Source of the DNA: Haloferax volcanii DS2
GTDB lineage: Archaea > Halobacteriota > Halobacteria > Halobacteriales > Haloferacaceae
Direction: 5' to 3'
Length of the DNA stretch: 32,000 bases
Assembly: GCF_000025685.1 (NCBI RefSeq)
Contig: NC_013967.1
Location: 2,520,001-2,552,000 of the forward strand
Shown here in pieces: positions 16,418 to 25,172 of the stretch (position 1 is the stretch's first letter; the number at the start of each line of letters is the position of its first letter). Under the pieces are notes generated by a model that was not told where the DNA came from, searched no databases, and was given only the letters and a program-made list of their open reading frames with translations. A program made the position numbers and the translations under genes.

Positions 16418-17518
16418 TCAGTTCGCCGGGGGCGTCTCGGTCTCGGTCTCGGCCGCGCCGAGGCGGACCGCCTCGCCCGTCTCCGACGAGCGGTAGATGG
16501 CGTCGATGACGCGCTGGACGGCGAGACCCTGTTCGACCGTGTTGCGGCCGGGGTGTTCGCCCTCGGCGACGGCCGCGAGGAACGCCTCCTGTTCGGTCTT
16601 GTGGGTGTCGTTGTCCTGCGTCTCCACGTCCGTCGTCGAGAGGTGGTTGCCGCCGCCGACGCCGTCCTCGTAGAACTGGAGGTCGTGGCTCGCGCGGTCG
16701 AAGCGGACGCCGCCCTCCGTGCCGCGGAGGAAGAACTCGTCGTTGGTCGGGCGGTTCGTCGCCCACGCGACTTCGAGGGAGATGGTCGTCCCCTCGTCGG
16801 TGCGGATGAAGGCGCTCGCGGAGTCGTCCACGTCGAAGGCCTCCGGGCCCACGTCCTCGCCCCACATCTCGACGAAGGTGTAGTCGTCGCGGTCACCGAA
16901 CTCCGAGCGGGTGACGCCGGAGACCTCGACGACCTCGGGGAAGTCGAGGAAGTAGAGCGCGAGGTCGATGGCGTGGACGCCGATGTCGATGAGCGACCCG
17001 CCGCCGGCGATTTCCTTCGAGGTGAACCACGACCCGCGCCCGGGGATGCCGCGGCGGCGGACGTAGTTGGCCTCGACGTGGGTCACGTCCCCGAAGCGGC
17101 CCTCCTCGTAGTGGTGGCGGACGACCTCGACGGGGTTGGCAAAGCGGTTGTTGAAGCCGACCATGCAGAAGCCGTCGGCGTCTTCGGCCGCCGCGGCGAT
17201 TCGCTCGGCGGATTCGAGCGAGTGCGCCAGCGGCTTTTCGAGCAGCACGTCGAGGCCGGCGTCGAGCGCGGCGACGGCGTACTCCTCGTGGAAGCGGTTC
17301 GGCGTGGTGATGATGACCGCGTCGACCTCCTCGAACAGTTCCGACTTCTCCTCGTAGGTGTTCACGTCGTACTTCTCCGCGAAGCGGCGACGGGCGTCCG
17401 CCTGAATGTCGAGGCCGCCGACGAGGGTCGCGCCGAGGTCGACGAGGCGGTCCGCGTGGTGGTGTCCGATGTTGCCGAGGCCGACGATGCCGACCCGGAC
17501 TGATGATTCGGTACTCAT
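16418..17518 (-). CDS. Gfo/Idh/MocA-family NAD(P)-dependent oxidoreductase (sugar dehydrogenase-like)
   Basis: N-terminal Rossmann motif VGIVGLGNIGHHH, the EKPLA motif typical of the family, and 366 aa length. Confidence 0.88.
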   Translation of the reverse strand: MSTESSVRVGIVGLGNIGHHHADRLVDLGATLVGGLDIQADARRRFAEKYDVNTYEEKSELFEEVDAVIITTPNRFHEEYAVAALDAGLDVLLEKPLAHSLESAERIAAAAEDADGFCMVGFNNRFANPVEVVRHHYEEGRFGDVTHVEANYVRRRGIPGRGSWFTSKEIAGGGSLIDIGVHAIDLALYFLDFPEVVEVSGVTRSEFGDRDDYTFVEMWGEDVGPEAFDVDDSASAFIRTDEGTTISLEVAWATNRPTNDEFFLRGTEGGVRFDRASHDLQFYEDGVGGGNHLSTTDVETQDNDTHKTEQEAFLAAVAEGEHPGRNTVEQGLAVQRVIDAIYRSSETGEAVRLGAAETETETPPAN

Positions 17519-17672
17519 GATTCGATGATTAACTACTGGTGGTGTTAAGTTTCACGTTCTTTGGGCTGATTTGCCAGAATCGACCGCGAGACCCCGGCCA
17601 GAGAGCGTTTTCACTGTGACGGGTGGCACGCAATAGAGGCGGAGTGAGGCGAGCAACACGGGTCGAGTCGGG

Positions 17673-17876
17673 TCAGTAGAGCTGTTCTTCTCGCTCCTTG
17701 CGTTCTTCCTCGCGGCGTTTTTCTTCCTTGAGGCGGCGTCGCCCGCGGAGGTACTGCTTGCCCTTCGGGATGAACTTGTTCTTCAGGTCGAGCAGGAACG
17801 AGACGATGCCGTAGGCCCAGAAGAAAAACAGGACGGTCATCCCGCCGAGGTAGAACAGGCCGAGTTCGTTGACCAT
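17673..17876 (-). CDS. Small basic single-pass membrane protein (67 aa) with a K/R/E-rich C-terminal tail
   Basis: ATG start. Codons end overwhelmingly in G/C despite an AT-leaning amino-acid composition. One TM helix (LGLFYLGGMTVLFFFWAYGIVSFLL), then KNKFIPKGKQYLRGRRRLKEEKRREEERKEREEQLY. It lies 115 nt downstream of the ABC ATPase gene on the same strand. Confidence 0.55.
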   Translation of the reverse strand: MVNELGLFYLGGMTVLFFFWAYGIVSFLLDLKNKFIPKGKQYLRGRRRLKEEKRREEERKEREEQLY

Positions 17877-17991
17877 TGTGTGGGTGAGTGTGCTGTGGGT
17901 TGGTTCGGTGCGCGTTGTGCGGGCTGTGCGAGTCGGGGGCGGGACGGCGACGAACCCGGGAGCCCCCGGAGCGGGCCGCGTTACGGCCGCG

Positions 17992-19179
17992 TCAGTCGTC
18001 GCTTTCGGCTTCCGTGCCGGGCGCGCCGCTCGTCTGGACGGGCGTCTCGATGCCGTGGCTGATGGCCTCGCCCGTCGCCGTGTCGAAGAGGTGGACGCGC
18101 GAGCGGTCGAGGACGACCGTCACGTCCTCGTCCTCCGCGATGTCGGTGTCGGGGGCGACGCTCATCAGCAGTTGGTCGTTGGCGACGCCGCTCGTGTCTT
18201 CGAGGTCCGTCTCGGCCGACTCCGAGAGCTTCAGGTAGACGAATATCTCGTCGCCCATCGGTTCGAGCACGTCGGTCACGGCGTCGATGCGGTGGCTCGG
18301 GTTCGATACGAGCGACTCCTCGTCGACGAGATACACGTCTTCCGGGCGGATGCCCATCGTGACGTCCGTCCCCGGTTCGACGCCGAGGTCCGCGGGGTCG
18401 AACTCCACGTCGATGTTGGTCGACGAGAAGCCGTCGGCCGCGACCTCGCCGTCGAGGAAGTTCATCGACGGCGAGCCGATGAAGCCGGCGACGAACAGGT
18501 TCGCGGGTTCGTTGTAACAGACCAGCGGCGGGTCGATCTGCTGGAGCTGTCCCGAGTCGATGACCGCGATGCGGTCGGACATCGTCATCGCCTCCGCCTG
18601 GTCGTGGGTGACGTAGATGATGGTCGTGTCCAGTTCCTTGTGCAGGCGCTGGAGTTCGGTCCGCATGTGGACCCGGAGCTTCGCGTCGAGGTTCGCGAGC
18701 GGTTCGTCCATCAGGAAGACGCCGGGGTTCCGGACGATGGCGCGGGCGATGGCGACGCGCTGTCGCTGCCCGCCGGACATCTCGTCGGGCATGCGTTCGA
18801 GCATTCCTTGGAGTTGAACGATTTCGGCGGCGCGCTCGACGCGGCGCTCGATTTCCTCCTTGTCGTAGTTGCGGAGGCGGAGCCCGAAGGAGATGTTGTC
18901 GTAGACGTCCATGTGGGGGAACAGCGCGATGTTCTGGAACACCATCGCCACCCCGCGGTCCTTCGGCGGGAGGTTCGTCACCTCGCGGTCGCCGATGAAC
19001 ATCTTCCCCTCCGAGGGGATGGTCAGCCCCGCTATCATCTCCATGGTCGTCGACTTGCCGCACCCCGACGGACCGACGAGACAGATGAATTCTCCGTCGT
19101 CGATGTCGAGGTTCATGTCGTCGACCGCCGTTACGTCGTCGTAGTGCTTGCTTACGTGTTCGAGTGTTACGTCTCCCAT
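17992..19179 (-). CDS. Sugar ABC transporter ATP-binding protein (MalK/UgpC type)
   Basis: Walker A GPSGCGKST, signature LSGGQRQR, Walker B FLMDEP and a C-terminal regulatory/TOBE-like domain. The start was trimmed to ATG 19179 (MGDVTLEHV), 2 nt after the permease stop. Confidence 0.92.
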   Translation of the reverse strand: MGDVTLEHVSKHYDDVTAVDDMNLDIDDGEFICLVGPSGCGKSTTMEMIAGLTIPSEGKMFIGDREVTNLPPKDRGVAMVFQNIALFPHMDVYDNISFGLRLRNYDKEEIERRVERAAEIVQLQGMLERMPDEMSGGQRQRVAIARAIVRNPGVFLMDEPLANLDAKLRVHMRTELQRLHKELDTTIIYVTHDQAEAMTMSDRIAVIDSGQLQQIDPPLVCYNEPANLFVAGFIGSPSMNFLDGEVAADGFSSTNIDVEFDPADLGVEPGTDVTMGIRPEDVYLVDEESLVSNPSHRIDAVTDVLEPMGDEIFVYLKLSESAETDLEDTSGVANDQLLMSVAPDTDIAEDEDVTVVLDRSRVHLFDTATGEAISHGIETPVQTSGAPGTEAESDD

Positions 19180-19181
19180 GA

Positions 19182-20141
19182 TTACTCCTTCAGCGCTCCT
19201 GCGGTCAGTCCACTCACGATGCGTTCCTGTGCGATGATGACAAGAATTGCCACGGGTAAGACCCCCACGATTGAGGCGGCGGCCATCAGGTTGTACGGGG
19301 TGTCGAACTGCCCCTGATACTTCAGGATACCCGCGACGATGGGGGCCCACGAGTCGGCCTCGCCGTTGTTCATGATGAACGAGAAGAAGAACTCGTTGTA
19401 CACCGAGATGAACGTGAGGACGCCTGCGGTCGCCACGCCGGGTGCCGAAAGCGGCACGATGACGCGGAAGAGGGCACCGAGTCGGGTGGTCCCTTCGACA
19501 CGCGCCGCGTCCTCCAACCCGTCGGGAATCTGTCCGTAGAAGGTCGTGAGGATGAATATCGACAGCGGCAGGAACAACGCGCTAAACGGGAACACCATCG
19601 GTGCCGGCGTGTTGAACAGGTCCGGCGACGAGATGGTGACCGCCCCGAGGCTAATCGCGGTGTTCCCCGTGAACAGTTCGAAAAGCGGGATGAGGAACGC
19701 CGCTGGCGGGAAGTACGAGATGGCGAGGATACCGAGCATCAGCACGCCCTTCCCGGGGAAGCGGAGACGTCCGAAGACGTATCCCGCGAGGCTCGCGAGG
19801 AGCAACACGATGACCGTCGTCGTGATGCCCAACACGAAACTGTTGAACATGTAGAGGTGGAACGGCACGCGCTCGAACATGGTGACGAACACCTCCGGAT
19901 TGAACCCCTTCGGCAGGAGCCCCATGTCGCTGATCAGTCGATTCGGCGTGAGCGCGATGATCAAGAGCCAGTAAAACGGGAACAGCGTCGTGAACAGGAA
20001 GAACACCGTCGCGACGTAGAACATCGCTCGGTAGACTCTCCCCGGGTTCTTGATGGCCTTGGCGACCCAGCGGCCGAACGGCCCGCGCTTCATCTCTGCG
20101 TCGTCGTCATGGAGACCGGCTCCTGGTTGTTCGCTCGACAT
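19182..20141 (-). CDS. Carbohydrate ABC transporter permease (MalG-like)
   Basis: Polytopic, with the EAA loop (DGLEDAARVEGTTRLGALFRVIVPL). It is 1 nt from the upstream permease gene. Confidence 0.9.
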   Translation of the reverse strand: MSSEQPGAGLHDDDAEMKRGPFGRWVAKAIKNPGRVYRAMFYVATVFFLFTTLFPFYWLLIIALTPNRLISDMGLLPKGFNPEVFVTMFERVPFHLYMFNSFVLGITTTVIVLLLASLAGYVFGRLRFPGKGVLMLGILAISYFPPAAFLIPLFELFTGNTAISLGAVTISSPDLFNTPAPMVFPFSALFLPLSIFILTTFYGQIPDGLEDAARVEGTTRLGALFRVIVPLSAPGVATAGVLTFISVYNEFFFSFIMNNGEADSWAPIVAGILKYQGQFDTPYNLMAAASIVGVLPVAILVIIAQERIVSGLTAGALKE

Positions 20142-20142
20142 C

Positions 20143-21168
20143 TTAGAGATCCTCGCTGGCGAAGTTCACGATGTATACCGAGACCACGATGGCGATGATA
20201 CCGGCGGTGACGAACGCCACCGTCGCCGAGGTCCCGTACAGCGGTGCGTTGAACGTCGTGACGACGAGACACGACAGCGACGGCACTGTCTGACAGCCGG
20301 CCATCGTCTCGATGATACCGTAGACGCGCATCGCCGAGATGGTGCGGAACAGCATCGCGACCAGCACCGACGGCAGGATGAGCGGGAAAGTGATCATCTT
20401 GAACTGTTGCCAGCGCGACGCACCGGCGACCTTCGCGACGTCGTACAGCGAGCGGTCGATACTCTGCATCCCGGCGAGGATGAGCAGTGCCATGAACGCT
20501 GACGTCTTCCAGACGTCGGCCACGATGATGAGGAACAACGAGTCTGCGGTGTTCCGCAGCGGCGTCGTTCCGATGAGGCCGAGTTGGTTCAACAGCGCCG
20601 GGTTTTCGGTCGTGCCGACGAGGAACCCGATGTTCGGCTGGAACATCAGGTACCAGATCATCCCCTGAATGACGATGGGGACAGCCCACGGGATGATGAT
20701 GGCGACGCGGACCCATCGCCGACCACGGAAGTCCTGGTCTAAGATGAGCGCCTGACCGAAGCCGATGAGCGTTTCGAAGAGCACACTGAAGACGGTGAAA
20801 ATGAGCGTCACCATCAGCGCGCTCCCGTAGATATTCGTCACGAACGGGAATTCTGACGTGAACGTCGGGAGGAAGGCAGACGGAAGTGCGTAGTTTCGCG
20901 CACCGGTGAACAGGTCGATGTAGTTCTGTAACCCGACGAACTCACCCAGTCGTGCGGACCCCGTAAGCTGGTCTGCGTACAGCGACATGCTGAACGTCGA
21001 CGCGAGCGGGTATATCGCGATTACCCCCAAAAGGATGAGTGCGGGCGTCAGAAGCAGGTACGCGAACTGGGTCTCCGACAACGCCTCGACCCAGTTGACG
21101 GCAGACGCGTACGGACCTGAGCGACGAGACTCAGACAGTGCCTCCCCCGATTGTTGTTCTGTAGCCAT
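20143..21168 (-). CDS. Carbohydrate ABC transporter permease (MalF-like)
   Basis: Polytopic, with the EAA loop (IDRSLYDVAKVAGASRWQQFKMITFPL). Confidence 0.9.
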   Translation of the reverse strand: MATEQQSGEALSESRRSGPYASAVNWVEALSETQFAYLLLTPALILLGVIAIYPLASTFSMSLYADQLTGSARLGEFVGLQNYIDLFTGARNYALPSAFLPTFTSEFPFVTNIYGSALMVTLIFTVFSVLFETLIGFGQALILDQDFRGRRWVRVAIIIPWAVPIVIQGMIWYLMFQPNIGFLVGTTENPALLNQLGLIGTTPLRNTADSLFLIIVADVWKTSAFMALLILAGMQSIDRSLYDVAKVAGASRWQQFKMITFPLILPSVLVAMLFRTISAMRVYGIIETMAGCQTVPSLSCLVVTTFNAPLYGTSATVAFVTAGIIAIVVSVYIVNFASEDL

Positions 21169-21218
21169 GACAATTGATAACGTATGTAGGTGATATTACG
21201 TCTTACCCAAGACGGAGT

Positions 21219-22757
21219 TTACGCAAGGCTCTGTTCGATTGCCTCGAGTTGCGACTTGAGGTCGGACATCGCCTGTTCGGGCGTCTTCTCTTGAGCATAC
21301 GCGTTGTTGACTTCCTGAGCGACCTTCCCGGACTGCTGTGGCCACACGACGGTGACCGGACGGGGGATGGCGTTGTTGCCAGCGACCTTCAGGGCGCTGA
21401 GGTAGCGACCGATGACGTCCACATTTTTCGCCTCCTCGGAGTCGAGGAGTTCCGGACGTGGTGGAATCCATCCCTGAATACCGAAGTTGTCGAGTTGGAA
21501 CTGTGGCTTCATCATCACTTCCAGAACCTGCGCACCTGCCTGCTTCTGTTGTTGCGGTGCGTTCGGGTTCATCGTCATGTGCCAGCCACCGAGGGCCGCG
21601 ACGGGGCCGCCGGTTCCCTCGTACTTGGCTTCGTCGGCCGGGACGCCGTACGGAATCGGCATGACGCCGAGGTCCTCGCCGAAGACGTCGTCGGCACCGT
21701 TGATGGTAATCGAGTAGGGCCAGTTGCGGTGCATGATGGCGTCGCCGCCGGTGAACGGTTTCCGGGACGGCTCTTCGGTCCACTGGAGGACGGCTTCGGG
21801 CGCGATGCCGCCCGTGATACCGTCGAGTGCGTACTCGTCGTCCTCGCCGTGGATGAGCGTGCGGACCATCCGGATGGAATCGAGAACCGACTGTTCGTCG
21901 ACCGTAATCGGGCGTTCACCGACGGGCCCGAAGAGGTTGTCGCGGCCACCGAAGAAGGCGCCACCGTACGATGTCATGAACTCGTTGAAGTCACAACACG
22001 ACAGGCCTTCGTAGACGTCCGCCTGGAACGTGTAGCCGTACTGGACGTCGTTGGCGTCGAGCGCTTCCTTCGTGACCTTCGAGAATTCCTCCCACGACAT
22101 GGACTCGGTCGCCCACGTGTCGAAGTCGTCGTCGGTGTAGCCCGCGTTCCGGAGCAGGTCCTTGCGGTACTGCATCGTCGGGAAGTCGGGGAACAGCGGA
22201 ACGCCGTAGAGGTCACCGTTGGAGCCCTTCGCCGTCGAGACGGACGCTTCGAAGTACTCGTCTTCGATAGTCGAGATCATCTCGCTCGGGAGCGACTCCG
22301 AGAGGTTCTGCAGTTGATTGCGCGCGATGAACGGAATCGTCCACCCGCTGTCCATCATCAGGAGGGTCGGTTCTTCACGGCCGCCACCGAGCCACTGCTG
22401 GTACTGTGCCTGACGGTTGTCGGTCACCTGCGAGCCGGCGATGATGTCGATGGAGATGTTGTCCGGAAGCCCGGCGTCGCGCATCGACTGGACGATCGCA
22501 TCGCTGTTGTCGGCCATCCGAGTATCGCCCGCGATCTTGACGGTGATGTCTTCGGTCGTTTCTTCGGTGTTGATCGGCGTGGAGGTGTCGCTGTCTCCGC
22601 CGCCGTTGCTACCGTTGTCACCGTTGTCTCCGTCTCCCCCACCGGTGCTGATACAACCAGCGAGTCCGACCGCGACGCCCGATGCGCCGGCAGCTTTCAC
22701 GAAGCTGCGTCGAGAGACGCCATTCCGCTTGCCCTTACGTGAGTCAGCATCAACCAT
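21219..22757 (-). CDS. ABC transporter extracellular solute-binding lipoprotein (family 1, sugar-type) with a Tat signal
   Basis: Twin-arginine motif SRRSFVKAAG, lipobox LAGC, and an acidic G/D/N/S linker typical of haloarchaeal lipoproteins. It is the first gene of a four-gene ABC operon. Confidence 0.88.
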   Translation of the reverse strand: MVDADSRKGKRNGVSRRSFVKAAGASGVAVGLAGCISTGGGDGDNGDNGSNGGGDSDTSTPINTEETTEDITVKIAGDTRMADNSDAIVQSMRDAGLPDNISIDIIAGSQVTDNRQAQYQQWLGGGREEPTLLMMDSGWTIPFIARNQLQNLSESLPSEMISTIEDEYFEASVSTAKGSNGDLYGVPLFPDFPTMQYRKDLLRNAGYTDDDFDTWATESMSWEEFSKVTKEALDANDVQYGYTFQADVYEGLSCCDFNEFMTSYGGAFFGGRDNLFGPVGERPITVDEQSVLDSIRMVRTLIHGEDDEYALDGITGGIAPEAVLQWTEEPSRKPFTGGDAIMHRNWPYSITINGADDVFGEDLGVMPIPYGVPADEAKYEGTGGPVAALGGWHMTMNPNAPQQQKQAGAQVLEVMMKPQFQLDNFGIQGWIPPRPELLDSEEAKNVDVIGRYLSALKVAGNNAIPRPVTVVWPQQSGKVAQEVNNAYAQEKTPEQAMSDLKSQLEAIEQSLA

Positions 22758-22911
22758 TACAGTCTGTATTCTACAATTAGTGATTATTTATAGTTTTGGT
22801 GCTGGCCACTACCGGTGTTGTAGTAAACTACTTGATAATAGTATCTGCGCCCCGAAATTCAATCAATCCAATAATTATAACAATCGTGTATTATGATTGT
22901 GGGCTGAAAAC
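22758..22911 (-). promoter_or_regulatory. 154-bp strongly AT-rich control region of the ABC operon
   Basis: Elements, all read directly: TATA-like box (22785-22793), TACT-N7-AGTA (22829-22843), GTAG-N4-CTAC (20820-22831 region, exact span 22820-22831), ACAATC-N9-GATTGT (22880-22900), and the T-tract terminator of the upstream AKR gene (22907-22910). This is the most AT-rich segment of the window. The TATA-like ctataaata (minus strand) lies ~32 bp upstream of ATG 22757. Confidence 0.5.
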
Positions 22912-23889
22912 TTAGTCCTTTCCCGGCGCGGGCCACCGCGGCGTCTTCGGGGCCTCGATTCGCTCGATATCGTCGTCGCTCAGGGCCACGTCGAGCGCGC
23001 CGACGTTCTCTTCGAGGTGGTCGAGTCGCCGCGGGCCGATGATGGGCGCGTCCACGACGGGCTTGTGGAGCAGCCACGCGAGCGACACCTGCGCGGGCGT
23101 CGCCCCCTTTTCGTCGGCGATGGCGCGAATCGCGTCGAGGACGGCCCAGTTCTCGTCGGTAAAGCGGTTCGACGTGTACTCGTCCGAGTTCGCGCGCGTG
23201 CCCGCCGGCACCTCGGCGTCGCGCTCGTACTTGCCCGTGAGGAAGCCGCCCGCGAGCGGCGACCACGGGACGACGCCGACGCCTTCGCCCTCGCACACCG
23301 GAAGCAAGTTCGCCTCCTCGTGGCGGTCGACCGCGTTGTACTCCGGTTGCATGCAGGCGAAGCGTTCGAGGTTCTCCACGTCGGCGGTGTACAGCGCCTT
23401 CGTGAACTGGTACGACGACATCGTGGACGCGCCGACGTAGCGGACCAGCCCCTCCTCGACGAGGTGGTCGAGCGCCGATAGCGCCTCCTCGATGGGAACG
23501 CCGTCGTCCCAGCGGTGAATCTGGTAGAGGTCGATGTAGTCGGTGCCGAGGCGGTCGAGGCTCGCGTGCGCCTGGTCGATGATGTGCTTGCGCGAGAGCC
23601 CCGATTTGTTCGGCCCGTCGCCCATCGGGAAGTAGACTTTCGTCGCGATGGCGAGTTTCTCGCGGTCGCGCTCGGCGATGGCCTCGCCGACGATTTCCTC
23701 CGACTCCCCGCGGGAGTAGGCGTTCGCCGTGTCGAGGAAGTTGATACCCGCGTCGAGCGCGCTGTCGAGGAGGTCGAGGCTCGCCTGCCTGTCGTTCATC
23801 ATCCACTCCGCGCTGGAACCGAAGTTCATACAGCCCAGACAGAGCCGCGAGACTTCGAGTCCGGTGTCGCCGAGGTAGGTGTACTCCAT
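22912..23889 (-). CDS. Aldo/keto reductase
   Basis: MEYTYLGDTGLEVSRLCLGCMNFG, DTANAYS.GESEE and DYIDLYQIHRWD are canonical AKR motifs. ATG 23889 is preferred to the GTG at 23898. Confidence 0.88.
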   Translation of the reverse strand: MEYTYLGDTGLEVSRLCLGCMNFGSSAEWMMNDRQASLDLLDSALDAGINFLDTANAYSRGESEEIVGEAIAERDREKLAIATKVYFPMGDGPNKSGLSRKHIIDQAHASLDRLGTDYIDLYQIHRWDDGVPIEEALSALDHLVEEGLVRYVGASTMSSYQFTKALYTADVENLERFACMQPEYNAVDRHEEANLLPVCEGEGVGVVPWSPLAGGFLTGKYERDAEVPAGTRANSDEYTSNRFTDENWAVLDAIRAIADEKGATPAQVSLAWLLHKPVVDAPIIGPRRLDHLEENVGALDVALSDDDIERIEAPKTPRWPAPGKD

Positions 23890-24014
23890 GTCGGTCACAC
23901 CGGTTCATACACGAACGACAATGATAAGCAGACTCACAATACGGTAGTGAGAGAAACGACCACGGAGGCGCGGAGACGTAATCGCTTTACCCACGCCTCC
24001 GGAACCCGAGGTGT

Positions 24015-25172
24015 ATGGACGGGCGCACACGCGAGTACCTCGAAGGTCGCTTCGGTGACTACTACCGGAGCACCGACGTTCCGCTCCCGCCCGCGCCGGG
24101 CGAGCGAGAGTGGGGCGTCATCCCGTGGTCGGCCGGCGGCACGCGGATGCACCGCCACCAGTCGCTGCTCGACCTCGGGGACCTCTCGGACTACCTCGCC
24201 CGCAGCGCCCCTCGACACGTCTACTTCTCGTCGGCCCGGTTTGCGGACCCCGGAGCGGGGTCGATGGACGACAAGGGCTGGCGCGAGGCGGACCTCGTCT
24301 TCGACATCGACGCGGACCATCTCCCCGGCGTCGACCCCGAGACGACGGGGTACGCCGACATGCTCGACGCCGGAAAAGACGCCCTGCTGGACCTCCTCGA
24401 CCTCCTCGAAGACGACTTCGACTTCGAGGAGATGCAGGCGGTGTTCTCCGGCGGCCGCGGCTACCACGTCCACGTGCGCGACGAGTCGGTCCGCAGCCTC
24501 GACAGCGAGGCCCGCCGCGAAATCGTGGACTACATCCGCGCCATCGACCTCGACTTCGACGCGCTCATCGAGACACGACAGCACGGGACGACGACCCAGC
24601 GCGTCCTCCGAACCGAGGGCGGGTGGGGTCGGCGGACCCACCGGCGACTCCTCGACTTCGTGGACGCGCTGTTGGAGATGGAAGAAGACGCCGCGCTCTC
24701 GCGGCTGAAGGAACTCGACGGCATCGGTGACGGGCGCGCGAAGACGGTTCTCGGCGCGTTCCGCAACAACCCCGACGCCGTCCGCGAGGGCAACGTCGAG
24801 GCCGGCGGCCCCGGCGTCAGGACGCTCGTCGAGGCGCTCGCACACGAGACCGTCGAGGACCAGACCTCGCCGATAGACGAACCCGTGACGACCGACACGA
24901 AGCGGCTGATTCGCCTCCCCAAGAGCCTCCACGGCGGGTCGGGGCTCGTCGTCGAACCGCTCGACCGCGACGAAATCGACGGCTTCGACCCCCTCTCCGA
25001 TGCGGTCCCGGACCGCTTCCGCGGCCGCGACATCAGCGTGAACGTGACCGACCCCGGTGAGGTCGAGTTCGACGGCGATAGCTTTACACTCGACTCCGGC
25101 GTGCAGTCGGTAGACGAGAGCCTCGGCGTGTTTCTCATGACTCGCGGTCGAGCCGAGAAGGTGACAGAATGA
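24015..25172 (+). CDS. priS: DNA primase small (catalytic) subunit PriS
   Basis: Catalytic [10 protein letters not shown] motif, [10 protein letters not shown] motif, and a TATA-like gctttaccc ~28 bp upstream of the ATG. Confidence 0.9.
   Translation: MDGRTREYLEGRFGDYYRSTDVPLPPAPGEREWGVIPWSAGGTRMHRHQSLLDLGDLSDYLARSAPRHVYFSSARFADPGAGSMDDKGWREADLVFDIDADHLPGVDPETTGYADMLDAGKDALLDLLDLLEDDFDFEEMQAVFSGGRGYHVHVRDESVRSLDSEARREIVDYIRAIDLDFDALIETRQHGTTTQRVLRTEGGWGRRTHRRLLDFVDALLEMEEDAALSRLKELDGIGDGRAKTVLGAFRNNPDAVREGNVEAGGPGVRTLVEALAHETVEDQTSPIDEPVTTDTKRLIRLPKSLHGGSGLVVEPLDRDEIDGFDPLSDAVPDRFRGRDISVNVTDPGEVEFDGDSFTLDSGVQSVDESLGVFLMTRGRAEKVTE

Noticed and set aside
17877-17945. G-runs in the G+T-rich tract as a potential G-quadruplex.
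   Set aside because: The G-runs are separated by long loops (about 11-21 nt). The transcribed (minus) strand is the C-rich complement, so an RNA quadruplex is not possible and a DNA one would be weak.
17992-22911. Lower apparent GC of the ABC-transporter genes and the AT-rich upstream spacer as a sign of a horizontally acquired island.
   Set aside because: Third codon positions remain G/C-dominated. The drop is largely explained by membrane-protein and N/Q/T-rich amino-acid composition. There are no tRNA, integrase, transposase or direct-repeat borders.
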